Assembly: GCA_947631015.1 (NCBI GenBank)
Contig: CANRJS010000002.1
Coordinates: 67,726-131,725 of the forward strand
DNA from: an uncultured Clostridia bacterium
GTDB lineage: Bacteria; Bacillota; Clostridia; Oscillospirales; JAAYOS01
DNA: 64,000 nucleotides
Direction: 5' to 3'
Both the position numbers and the translations under genes were made by a program. The notes beneath the pieces were generated by a model. That model saw nothing but the letters and a program-made list of their open reading frames with translations. It made no database searches and had not been told where the DNA came from. This document shows positions 9,389-18,542 of this stretch, in pieces (positions within the stretch are counted from its first letter, which is position 1; every line of letters begins with the position of its first letter).

Positions 9389-9424
9389 CAGCCGCCTGTC
9401 ACAAGACAGGCGGCTGTGTTTTTG
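9389..9424 (+). terminator. Intrinsic terminator after lacI
   Basis: CAGCCGCCTGTC-ACAA-GACAGGCGGCTG then TGTTTTTG. Confidence 0.7.
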
Positions 9425-9533
9425 CGGCGTGGACGTTCGCGCTGTACATAAAAAGAGGGGGCGGCGCATAAGCGCCGCCCCGTTGTCATTCAGTCATTTC
9501 CCGCGGAAGCTCCGCATTACACCTTTTCGACAA

Positions 9534-11285
9534 TTAGTCGTCGATGTACTGGAGACGTCCGTAGTAGCGGCTCAGAGCTGCCTGATACATATCGATGGCG
9601 GTCTGGATGCCTATCTGATCCTTCAACATCGGAACCAGCTCGGTATCGTAGGTATCTACGCTCTTCTCGCCGGTGATGACCTCGGCGGCCCATTCGACGA
9701 CCGCGCCGTTCGCGGAGGTCATGATGCCGCTCGCGGTGTTGCCTTCCTCAGCGGTGAGGGTGACGCCATCCGGCCACAGCCAGTCGCTGCCGACGGAGTC
9801 CCAAGTGTTGGCGGCGTCAACTTCCTTCTGGGAGAGGACGGTGAACTCACGGTCCCAGATGTAGAGCTGCGGGCCGTTGTGGATAGCGAACTTGTTCATG
9901 AAGTTCACGCAGGTCTGATACTTGTCCATCATCCACATCTGATAGACTTCCTCGTGTCCGTCGCCGTTGGCGTCGGTCGGGTCGAGGTAGTAGGAGGAGT
10001 TGGTGTCGCCCTCCTCGCCGACATACGGCCCCCAGTTGGAGGCGGTGATGCCCTCATCGGTCCAGATGAAGTCCTGATACTTGAGCGCTATGTCGAGCGG
10101 CTCGCAGGCGGTGGTGACGCCGAGCGAGTTGTTGACGCGGACGACGTTGAAGCTCTCACGGCAATGGAAGTCGGTCTCCCAGTTCTGGCTGGCGTCCAGC
10201 TTCGGGGTCGGGATAGCGACTATCTCGAAGTCGGGATCCGGATACTCGCCGGAGGCGTTGATCTGCTTGAGCATCGCAAGCGAGGCGTACATGACGTCGC
10301 CGCAGCCCATGAAGCCGTTTGCCCAGTAGTCATCCGGGCTGCCCCAGTTGTTCTCGGCAATGTAGTTCCTGTTGACGAGACCCTTCTGATACCAGTCGGC
10401 CATCTTTCCTATGAACTCCTTGTAGCCGGGCTCAAGAGGAGTGTAGACAGCCGTGCCGTCCTTGTTGAGGAAGGGCATCTGAAGAGGACCGGTCACGTTG
10501 TAGGAGCCGATCAGCGAGCCGGAATAGGTCGAGGAACCCGTGGAGAGGAAGAGCGGGCCCTGTCCCTCGGTGGTGTAGTCCTTGAAGACGGTAAGCGCGT
10601 TCTCGAGGCCGTCCATCGTCGCAACATCGTCGGTGGTGAGGCCGGCGTCGCTCAGCCAGTCGGCGCGGATGCCGGTGCCTATCCACGAGCCCTGCTGACG
10701 GTCGAGTATGCAGTGGACGCCCCAGAGGTTACCGGAGTCGCTGACGCACTGCATGAAGGTGTCGTCATTGCGGTAGACCTGCTTGAGGTAGTTCGGCATG
10801 TACTGCTCCGCCGGCTCATTGAGCCTGAGCAGGAATCCGTCGGCTATCGCCTTGTCAACGCCGCCGGTGTAGAAGCGCTGGACGTAGCTGACGAAGTCCG
10901 GATAGTCGTTGGAGAGCAGCATGGTCGAGAAGTTCTCATTCTCGCCGCCGGCGGGAGGCGTGAGCCAGTTGATGTGGACATTGGTCTTCTCCTCCATCCA
11001 CTGGAAGAAGACGTTGTCCGCGGTGCCGTTGTAGCCCTCGAAGCTGTAAGTGTCCGGGTGCCACCAGTCGAGAGTGATGACGTCCTCGCTCAGCGGGAGC
11101 TCTATCTCGGCTCCTTCATGGGCGGGAGGCTCGTCGCTCGGCTCCTCGGTGGCGGGCTCGGTGCTCGTGGTTCCGGTCGGAGCGGAGCTAGGCGGTGTAG
11201 AGGTCTTTTCCTCTCCTCCGCCGCATCCGACGAGCAGTCCGGCAAGCATCAACACGGCGAGCAGCAAGCATAGTGTTTTTTTCAT
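9534..11285 (-). CDS. ABC transporter extracellular solute-binding lipoprotein (carbohydrate-type)
   Basis: Signal peptide MKKTLCLLLAVLMLAGLLVGC with lipobox, S/T/P/E linker, WMEEKTNVHINW and IRADWL motifs; start taken at ATG 11285. Confidence 0.85.
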   Translation of the reverse strand: MKKTLCLLLAVLMLAGLLVGCGGGEEKTSTPPSSAPTGTTSTEPATEEPSDEPPAHEGAEIELPLSEDVITLDWWHPDTYSFEGYNGTADNVFFQWMEEKTNVHINWLTPPAGGENENFSTMLLSNDYPDFVSYVQRFYTGGVDKAIADGFLLRLNEPAEQYMPNYLKQVYRNDDTFMQCVSDSGNLWGVHCILDRQQGSWIGTGIRADWLSDAGLTTDDVATMDGLENALTVFKDYTTEGQGPLFLSTGSSTYSGSLIGSYNVTGPLQMPFLNKDGTAVYTPLEPGYKEFIGKMADWYQKGLVNRNYIAENNWGSPDDYWANGFMGCGDVMYASLAMLKQINASGEYPDPDFEIVAIPTPKLDASQNWETDFHCRESFNVVRVNNSLGVTTACEPLDIALKYQDFIWTDEGITASNWGPYVGEEGDTNSSYYLDPTDANGDGHEEVYQMWMMDKYQTCVNFMNKFAIHNGPQLYIWDREFTVLSQKEVDAANTWDSVGSDWLWPDGVTLTAEEGNTASGIMTSANGAVVEWAAEVITGEKSVDTYDTELVPMLKDQIGIQTAIDMYQAALSRYYGRLQYIDD

Positions 11286-11429
11286 GTGATTACTTCCCTT
11301 CATTTTATTTCGATACAAGTTGCCTTGTACTGATATGGTAATTATAACACCTTTCACAAAAAAGCGTCAAGCATTGCTCAGAAAAATAGCCAGTTTTACT
11401 TGTTTGGGATACGATTTTCCAAGGTATGG

Positions 11430-12119
11430 TTATTCGTACCGGACAAGCTCGCCGCGCAGCTTGTCGAGCGCTTTCTTCTCTATGCGCGAAACGTAGCTCC
11501 GCGAGATGCCGTAGCGCGCCGCTATCTCGCGCTGCGTGAGCGGCGCCGCGCCGTCGAGACCGTACCGGAGCGAGACTATCTCGTGCTCGCGCGGCTCAAG
11601 CACGCGCTCCATGACGTCGAGCAGGCGCGCCTTCCGCTCCTCGCGGCTGATGCTCTCAATCATCTCCTCGGAGCTATCGGCGATGGTGTCGCCGAGGACG
11701 AGCGGGTCGCCGTCCCCGGCGGCGTCGAGCTCGTCGTCAAGCGACAGCTCCCCCGCCGTCTTGCGGAGGCCCCGGAAGTGCATCAGTATCTCGTTTTCGA
11801 TGCACCGGCCGGCGTAGGTCGCAAGGCGGATGTTCTTCGTATGGTCGAAGGTGTCTATCGCCTTTATGAGACCTATCGTGCCTATCGAGATGAGGTCCTC
11901 CTGGTCCGCCGCGGAGGTGTAGTATTTCTTTATAACGTGAGCCACGAGGCGCAGGTTGTGCTCTATCAGCCTGTCGCGGGCCTGCTTGTCCCCCTCGGCG
12001 CGGAGCTCGAGGCAGCGGCGCTCCTCCTCGGCGGAGAGCGGCTTCGGGAACGTCCCGCCGCCGTTTATCCGCAGCGTCATGTAGAACCCGTGAAGTATCA
12101 GCCAGAGCGCTATGTTCAT
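11430..12119 (-). CDS. sigK: Sporulation sigma factor pro-SigK (uninterrupted)
   Basis: FPKPLSAEEE, LIEHNLRLVAHVIKKY, DLISIGTIGLIKAIDTF, LATYAGRCIENEILM, TQREIA...ISRSYVSRIEKKAL; GGAGG RBS. Confidence 0.9.
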   Translation of the reverse strand: MNIALWLILHGFYMTLRINGGGTFPKPLSAEEERRCLELRAEGDKQARDRLIEHNLRLVAHVIKKYYTSAADQEDLISIGTIGLIKAIDTFDHTKNIRLATYAGRCIENEILMHFRGLRKTAGELSLDDELDAAGDGDPLVLGDTIADSSEEMIESISREERKARLLDVMERVLEPREHEIVSLRYGLDGAAPLTQREIAARYGISRSYVSRIEKKALDKLRGELVRYE

Positions 12120-12147
12120 CAATCGAATCACTCCTCCCCTGTCGTAT

Positions 12148-12176
12148 ACGGTATTCGGGGAAGAGTGGCAATATTC
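12148..12176 (-). promoter_or_regulatory. Putative SigE-dependent promoter of sigK
   Basis: GAATATT-14 bp-AATACCGT on the minus strand resembles the SigE consensus (ATAtt-14-cATAcanT). Confidence 0.5.
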
Positions 12177-12178
12177 GT

Positions 12179-13091
12179 TTCGCGGGAAATTGGTAAAGGA
12201 GCGGGCAAAGCCCGCTCCTTTACCAATTTCCCGCGAAGCCGCCGGACAGAGCGGAGCCCTGCCGGCGGCAAACGCCGGTCTACGCTCCGCGCTTCGCGCG
12301 AAGCACGACCGGCGAGAGGTGTAAATTTCGCCGTACACGCCGCCGAAATTTACGGATTTGATTTATTTCGCGCCTGACGGCGCGAAAATCTGCGAGGCTT
12401 TTTTGTCGAGACTTGGCGCTTCTCGCCTCGCAGAGTTCGCCGCCGTAGGCGGCAAATAGAGTCAAATCTGTTTTTTCCGGCGGCAATGCGCCCGCCAATA
12501 TATACCGCATCATACCCTATACAGGGCGCATCAGACCTCGGCGCTCCGCGCCGACGTCCCAACATTTTGCAAACCGCAAGGCGTCGGAACAAACTCTTTG
12601 CGCGCAGCGTGCGTCGATTTTCCTCCGAAGGCGGAAAACTCGGCGCGTAGCGTAGCGTTGCTGTCGGCAAGGCTGCGCCTTGTCCGACAGTTTCACTTGA
12701 AATTGCGCCTGCGCAATTTCAAGTGAAAGCCTCGGCGCGAAAGGGTGCGCAGGGCGATTTATCGCCCGAGCACATTTCGCACCGAGACCTCTGCAAAAAA
12801 GCCTCGCAGAGTTTTGCCGCGAAAGCGGCAAAATAAAGTTCAATTCCGTAAATTTCGGCGGCGTGTATGGCGAAATTTACACCTCACGCCGTTCGCGCTT
12901 CGCGCGGCGGAGCCGCTTCCGCGCCTGTTCGCGCGGTTGAAGTTGGCGGCAAAGCCGCCAACTTCGCGCAGGGGCAATTCATTTGCCCCGAGCATGTTAA
13001 TTAAAAGGGCTCCCACGCGGTCGCTGACCGCGTGGGAAATTCAGAGCGAAGAACGGCGCTACCGCCGGCAGAGCTCGGCTCTGTCCGGCGG
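12179..13091. repeat. Family A palindromic mosaic, copy A1 (nested inverted repeats)
   Basis: 28-bp perfect hairpin 12179-12237; ~30-bp outer IR 12239-12268/13062-13091; ~90-bp inner IR 12316-12405/12794-12885; modules shared with 22.8-23.1 kb and 62.2-62.7 kb. Confidence 0.8.
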
Positions 13092-13133
13092 TCTCGCTGA
13101 AAATCGCGTCAGCGATTTTCAGCGAGATAAATA

Positions 13134-13170
13134 AGCACGGACGACGCAAGGTCGTCCGTGCTTTTTGTTT
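13134..13170. terminator. Terminator after the opp operon
   Basis: AGCACGGACGAC-GCAAG-GTCGTCCGTGCT with T/A runs, directly after the DUF3899 stop. Confidence 0.7.
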
Positions 13171-13587
13171 TTACTCTACGGAGTAGTACAGTACGATGAA
13201 CACCACCGCGACGGCGATGAATCCCAGTCCGCACCAGAAGAGGAAGCTGAACCCCCTCACGGGTCCCTTCTCCTCCTTGCGGGCGAGATAGTCACCGTAC
13301 TTCTCGCGCTCGCGGAGTCCCCTGCCGGGGAGCAGCATCCGCTTTATCGACTCGGCGGCGTATCCGAGGAACCTCAGCGAGCCCTCGTTTGTCAGCCATA
13401 TGAGCGCGCCGACGCAGACCATTATCACTCCGGGGACGGTAAAGGAGTTCGCAAGCGCCTTGTACCTATCCGCCGGGTCGTGCATGAGCGAGAAGTCGTT
13501 GAGCCAAAGGTACAGCAGCACCATCAGCCCGCCGACGGCGACCGTCGCGCCGTGCTTTATGAGGTTCCTTCGCAGCTTGTCGCTCAC
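13171..13587 (-). CDS. DUF3899-like small membrane protein
   Basis: 138 aa, 3 hydrophobic segments, NEGSLRFLGY motif; overlaps the oppF stop by 4 bp, a usual position in clostridial opp operons. Confidence 0.65.
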   Translation of the reverse strand: MSDKLRRNLIKHGATVAVGGLMVLLYLWLNDFSLMHDPADRYKALANSFTVPGVIMVCVGALIWLTNEGSLRFLGYAAESIKRMLLPGRGLREREKYGDYLARKEEKGPVRGFSFLFWCGLGFIAVAVVFIVLYYSVE

Positions 13588-14792
13588 AGTCCGAGTTCCT
13601 TCTTGTAGCGCTCCTCCTCGGGGTCGTTGCAGTAGACAAAGTGACCCGGGAGTATTTCGCGCATGGACGGCTTCAGGACCGAGTAGTCGTGCGCCGCTAT
13701 CGAGTTGTAGGTGATACGGGTGCGGCGCTTCTCCGCATGCGGGTCGGGCAGCGGTATCGCCGACAGGAGCGAGCGGGTGTAGGGATGCAGCGGGTGCGCG
13801 AACAGCTCGTCCGAGCTCGCGAGCTCCACCATCTTGCCGAAGTACATGACGCCGATGCGGTCGGAGAAGTACTTGACGACCGACAGGTCGTGCGCGATGA
13901 AGAGTATCGTGAGGCCGAGGCGGTCGCGGAGCTCGTTGAGGAGGTTTATCACCTGCGCCTGGATCGAGACGTCGAGCGCGGAGATGGGTTCGTCCGCTAT
14001 GAGCAGGTCGGGGTTCATGATGACCGCGCGGGCGATGCCGATACGCTGTCGCTGTCCGCCAGAGAACTCGTGCGGATAGCGGCCGGCGTGCTCGCGGACA
14101 AGTCCGACAAGTTCGAGTATCTCGTAGACCTTCTCGTCGATATACTCCTTGTCGCGGACGCCGTTGATGATAAGTCCCTCGGCGATGATCTCGCGAACCG
14201 TCATACGCGGGTTCAGCGAGGCTATCGGGTCCTGGAATATCATCTGTATCTTCGTTATCAGCTTGCTCTTGTTCGCGACTCGAATCTGCTCGCGCTTCTC
14301 GCGCTCGAGCGACGCGACCTTTGCCGCGTCGCCGCCGGCGGCGGCGATCTTCTCGTCGTACTCGCGCGCGGTCTCGTCCGCGAGGTGCTTTGCGTACTCC
14401 TCGTCCGAGTGGTTGTGGTCAAACTTTGCCTTCTTTATCTCCTCGTTGTTCTCGGAGATGATCTTTTCAAGCTCGGCCTTGCGGGCGGGGTCGGTGGTCG
14501 AGGACAGCTCCTTGCGGGCGGCCTTTATCGCATCCTTGTAGGAGCGGGTGCCGGCGCAGATGCGCTGACCTTTGAAGTAGACGCTGCCGGAGGTCGCGTC
14601 GTAGACCTTGATTATAGTGCGCCCCGTGGTGGTCTTGCCGCAGCCCGACTCGCCGACGAGTCCGAAGACCTCGCCGCGCTTGATGTCAAAGCTGACGTCG
14701 TCGACGGCCTTGAGCTCGCTGTCGCCCATTTTGAAGTACTGGCAGAGGTGCTCCACACGAAGCAGGGTCTCGTTGTTATTCACGTTGTTCAT
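13584..14792 (-). CDS. oppF: Oligopeptide ABC transporter ATPase with helical insertion
   Basis: GESGCGKT, MIFQDP, YPHEFSGGQRQRIGIA, IADEPISALDVS, HPYTRSLLSAIP. Confidence 0.9.
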   Translation of the reverse strand: MNNVNNNETLLRVEHLCQYFKMGDSELKAVDDVSFDIKRGEVFGLVGESGCGKTTTGRTIIKVYDATSGSVYFKGQRICAGTRSYKDAIKAARKELSSTTDPARKAELEKIISENNEEIKKAKFDHNHSDEEYAKHLADETAREYDEKIAAAGGDAAKVASLEREKREQIRVANKSKLITKIQMIFQDPIASLNPRMTVREIIAEGLIINGVRDKEYIDEKVYEILELVGLVREHAGRYPHEFSGGQRQRIGIARAVIMNPDLLIADEPISALDVSIQAQVINLLNELRDRLGLTILFIAHDLSVVKYFSDRIGVMYFGKMVELASSDELFAHPLHPYTRSLLSAIPLPDPHAEKRRTRITYNSIAAHDYSVLKPSMREILPGHFVYCNDPEEERYKKELGL

Positions 14793-16954
14793 GCGGTCTC
14801 CCCTCCTGCCTTCTTCATTCTCTCGATACGGTCGACTATCGCCTTGGGCGGGTCGATCTTAGGCGCATCCGGATGCAGCAGCCATGTCGCGGCCCAGTGC
14901 GTGTCGCTCACCGGGAACTGCGGCGGCTCCATTTCGAAGTCTATCTTGAGCGCGTACTTGTTGCGGTCTGCGAACGCGTCTCCCTTGGGCGGATAGATCA
15001 TATTCGGCGGGGTGCCGGGTATCGCGTCGAGCTTCTCCTTGGTGTCGAGGTCGGGCATCGACGAGAGCAGAGCCCAGGTGTACGGATGGCGCGGCTCATA
15101 GAAGATGTCGTCCGCCGTTCCGTACTCGACTATCTTGCCGGCGTACATGACGGCGATATCGTCCGCCATGTTCGCGACGACGCCAAGGTCGTGCGTAATG
15201 AATATGACCGAGAGCTTGCGCTCCTCCTTGAGGTTGTTGATGAGCTCGAGTATCTGCGCCTGAATGGTCACGTCGAGCGCGGTGGTCGGCTCGTCGCAGA
15301 TAAGTATCTCGGGGTCCGCCGCAAGGGCTATCGCTATGACGATACGCTGACGCATACCGCCGGAGAACTCGAACGGGTACTGACGGAAGCGGGTGCGCGG
15401 CTCTGGTATGCCGACCTCCTCCATCAGCTCTATCGCCTTCTCCTTGGCCATGCGCTTCGTGACCTTGTAGACGACCTGGCTCGCCTTGTCGCGGAAGAAG
15501 TCTATCATCGCGACGGCGCGCGCATGGTAGTCGATGTTCGCGGCGTCCGCTATGCGGGTCTCGTAGTTCTCTATCATGCGGTCAAAGACCGACACGATGT
15601 CCTGCTTGAGCTCGTCAAGGTCGTAGACGTTCTTCGGGATGACCTGCCAATCGACGGTCTTTCCCTTCGCGACGAGCTTTTCGCGCTTGGCGCTCTGCTT
15701 TGCAAAGCGCGCCTCCTCCTTCGGGTTCTTCTTCTGAGCGTTGAAATACTTGTTTATCTCGCTCAGAAGGCCCGTCTTGAAGGTGTACGCGACGCTGTCC
15801 TTGTTGACCTCGAGGCGGTCTATCGACTTCTCGACCTCCGCCGCGATCTCCTTCGCCTTGGCCTCGGCCTCGGCCTTTGTAAAGCTTCCGAGGTAGAACT
15901 CGCGCGCGGTGCGGAGCTTCGGCAGAACGTCCTTCTTGACGGCAAGGGCAACGGTCGCCGAATGCTCGATGCCCTTCTCGGCATAGCCGATGAACTCGTT
16001 CATGAAGTCGCGGTCAAGGAAGTCGAGCGCCTTCTCGTTGAGCTCCGCTATGTCGTACTTCGTGAGATCCTCGTTCGGGTTCTTCATCTTGAAGTAGCCG
16101 ACGCGGAAGAAGTTCACGCGGGTGTCGTCGATTATCTCCTTGAGGACGCCGCCGAGCTCCTTCAGTGTATCGAGGAAGTCGCTGTCTATAGGCGTCACGG
16201 CGCCCTTCTTCCCCTCGCGGTAGCTTGCACGGTAGCGGGAAATTATCGGCGAGTACTTCGCGAGGCGCTCGTCGTACTTATTCGTGAGGAGCGGATCCTT
16301 GAGCTCCTTCAGCTCCTTGAGGATCTCCGCGAGCTCCTCCTTCACGTTCTGCTTCTGGCGGTTTTCGGCCATGAAGACGAAGTCCGTGATGTCCTTTGCC
16401 ATGCCCTCGGCGGCACCGAGCGCGAGGTCGTAGTTGTTCTCGAGCCGAATAGCCTCGATGCAGAAGTTGTCAAACGTCTTGCACATCTCGCTTATCTTCG
16501 ACTCGGGGGCGGCCTTCGCCTCTATCATGCTCTTCTTGAGGAGCGCAAGGGTGTCGTTGAAATCCTTGCGTCCCGCGCGGCGGGTGCCGCGGTTCTTGAG
16601 GAGCATCGCCTCGGTTATCTGTCGGCCTATGCGGACGACCGGGTTCAGCGCGGAGAGCGGGTCCTGGAATATCATTGATATCCTGTCGCCGCGTATCCTG
16701 CACATCTCGTCCTCGGGTATCTTGAGGAGGTCCATGCCGTCAAAGAGTATCTCGCCGCCCTCGGTTATCGAGTTGCCGGCAAGGATGCCGAGTATCGCCT
16801 TTGATGTGACCGACTTGCCCGAGCCGGACTCGCCGACTATCGCGAGCGTCTTGCCGCGTTCGAGGTCGAAGGAAATGTTGCGGACGGCCTTGAGCGTTCC
16901 GTTCTGTGTGCGGAACGAGATCTTCAGATTCTTTACTTCAAGTATCTTATCCAT
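14789..16954 (-). CDS. oppD: Oligopeptide ABC transporter ATPase with ~370-aa insertion
   Basis: GESGSGKS, MIFQDPLSALNP, YPFEFSGGMRQRIVIA, ICDEPTTALDVT, HPYTWALL; start at ATG 16954 with GAGGAG RBS. Confidence 0.9.
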   Translation of the reverse strand: MDKILEVKNLKISFRTQNGTLKAVRNISFDLERGKTLAIVGESGSGKSVTSKAILGILAGNSITEGGEILFDGMDLLKIPEDEMCRIRGDRISMIFQDPLSALNPVVRIGRQITEAMLLKNRGTRRAGRKDFNDTLALLKKSMIEAKAAPESKISEMCKTFDNFCIEAIRLENNYDLALGAAEGMAKDITDFVFMAENRQKQNVKEELAEILKELKELKDPLLTNKYDERLAKYSPIISRYRASYREGKKGAVTPIDSDFLDTLKELGGVLKEIIDDTRVNFFRVGYFKMKNPNEDLTKYDIAELNEKALDFLDRDFMNEFIGYAEKGIEHSATVALAVKKDVLPKLRTAREFYLGSFTKAEAEAKAKEIAAEVEKSIDRLEVNKDSVAYTFKTGLLSEINKYFNAQKKNPKEEARFAKQSAKREKLVAKGKTVDWQVIPKNVYDLDELKQDIVSVFDRMIENYETRIADAANIDYHARAVAMIDFFRDKASQVVYKVTKRMAKEKAIELMEEVGIPEPRTRFRQYPFEFSGGMRQRIVIAIALAADPEILICDEPTTALDVTIQAQILELINNLKEERKLSVIFITHDLGVVANMADDIAVMYAGKIVEYGTADDIFYEPRHPYTWALLSSMPDLDTKEKLDAIPGTPPNMIYPPKGDAFADRNKYALKIDFEMEPPQFPVSDTHWAATWLLHPDAPKIDPPKAIVDRIERMKKAGGETA

Positions 16955-16958
16955 CGTC

Positions 16959-18542
16959 TCACTCCTCAACTCCACGCAGCGACGGGTTGAATGCGTCGCG
17001 CAGACCGTTGCCGAACAGGTTGAAGCAAATCATGAGCAGGCTCAGTATCAGCGCCGGGAAGAGCAGCAGATGCGGGTAGCTCGTCCAGATGCTCGCGGCG
17101 TCCGAAAGGAGCGTACCGAGCGACGTAGTCGTCGCGCTGCCGAGCTTGACTATGCCGAGGTAGCTGAGCATGCTTTCGCTGCCGATGACGCCCGGGATAG
17201 CAAGCACGCTGCCGGTGATTATCGTACCGAGCGAGTTCGGGAAGATGTGCTTCCAGATTATGCGGCGGTCCTTCGCGCCGAGGGTGCGCGCCGCGATGAC
17301 GTACTCCTGTCCCTTGAAGCGGTAGAACTGCGTCCTCACGCGGCTCGCCATGCCTATCCACCCCGTCAGGACGAACGCGAATAACAGACTTGGTATCGGT
17401 CCCACCTTTGACGCGAGGTGCAGCTGGAACAGCGTCGCGACGACGACGAACGGCACGCCGCTCAGTATGTCGCTTATACGCTCGAGCGTGAGGTCGACCG
17501 CGCCGCCGTAGTAACCCTCGACCGCGCCGTACATCGCGCCGATAACGAAGTTAATGGCGCAGACGGAGAGCGAGAGTATCAGGCTGAGGCGGATGCCTCC
17601 GGCGAGGCGCAGGCTCATGTCGTAGCCCTGGCTGTCGGTGCCGAGGAGGTATTCCGGTTCAAAGCCGTTGACGAAACGGTAGTAGTTGTAGTAGAGGATA
17701 CGGACCTTGTAGTGCGCGGTCTGGGCGTTGCCGCCGCCGGTGTACTCGTAGTATATCGGGTTGCCGTCAGCGTCGCGCTTGTAGTTGTCCTCGAAGACCA
17801 TATCCTCGCTGTACTTGAGGGTCTTGTCGACGTCGCCCCACTCGTCTGTGGTGACGGGCGTACCCTTGTTCGACTTGTACCAGTAGTTCGCGTCGTTCGG
17901 GTCGACGTTCCACTTGTTGTCCTCAACGAGCGGATAGAGGACCTGAATGCCGGTCTCGTTCTGCCAGTCGACTATCCTCTGGTACTCGCTCTGCTGAATG
18001 CTCTTGTACATGAAGCCGACCTCGAGATAGTTGTCTATCGAGGCGTTGTACATGACCTTCGGCTTCGCGCCCTTTATCTCGGCTATCTCCCACGAATCCT
18101 TGATATTGCGGATGGGCTGGTAGTAGTTCGCCATGCCTTCGGCGACGGATATGCCGCCCTTCCCCTCCGTGTCCGCCGCGCCGACTCCGACGGCGACGAA
18201 CTTCAGCAGACCCTTCTCCTCAAAGGTTCGGGTCGTCTGTCCGTTGGCGATGCCGATATTCATAAGGGCGAAGTTCTTCGGCGGCTTCTTGGCATAGAAG
18301 ACGTCCATGAACGTGGAGTCATAGCGGGTGTTCAGGAGCGGCACCGCTATCGAGAAGAGGACTATCAGCAGTATGATTATCGCCGCGACGATGGAACCCT
18401 TGTTGCGGCGGAAGCGGAGCCACGCGTCCTTAAAATAGCCGATAGGCTTATCCTCGAACTTCTTGTCGGTGATGCGCTCGCCGCGCTCGACCGGCTCGAA
18501 GAGCTCCTTCGGGATGTTGTTGTAATCAACTTTGTTTGTCAT
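16959..18542 (-). CDS. oppC: Oligopeptide ABC permease with enlarged extracellular loop
   Basis: FKDAWLRFRRNK, LLGTDSQGYD, EYVIAARTLGA...IIWKHIFPNS. Confidence 0.88.
   Translation of the reverse strand: MTNKVDYNNIPKELFEPVERGERITDKKFEDKPIGYFKDAWLRFRRNKGSIVAAIIILLIVLFSIAVPLLNTRYDSTFMDVFYAKKPPKNFALMNIGIANGQTTRTFEEKGLLKFVAVGVGAADTEGKGGISVAEGMANYYQPIRNIKDSWEIAEIKGAKPKVMYNASIDNYLEVGFMYKSIQQSEYQRIVDWQNETGIQVLYPLVEDNKWNVDPNDANYWYKSNKGTPVTTDEWGDVDKTLKYSEDMVFEDNYKRDADGNPIYYEYTGGGNAQTAHYKVRILYYNYYRFVNGFEPEYLLGTDSQGYDMSLRLAGGIRLSLILSLSVCAINFVIGAMYGAVEGYYGGAVDLTLERISDILSGVPFVVVATLFQLHLASKVGPIPSLLFAFVLTGWIGMASRVRTQFYRFKGQEYVIAARTLGAKDRRIIWKHIFPNSLGTIITGSVLAIPGVIGSESMLSYLGIVKLGSATTTSLGTLLSDAASIWTSYPHLLLFPALILSLLMICFNLFGNGLRDAFNPSLRGVEE

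Noticed and set aside
11430-12119. skin-like interruption of sigK
   Set aside because: The reading frame is continuous from pro-sequence to region 4 and no recombinase is nearby
12280-13134. ORFs across the family A mosaics (also 22381..23079 and 62093..62690)
   Set aside because: Arg/Ala-rich translations of palindromic DNA in all frames, without RBS or frame conservation between copies
15464-16585. OppD insertion as an intein
   Set aside because: No N-terminal Cys/Ser block, no C-terminal His-Asn and no LAGLIDADG motif
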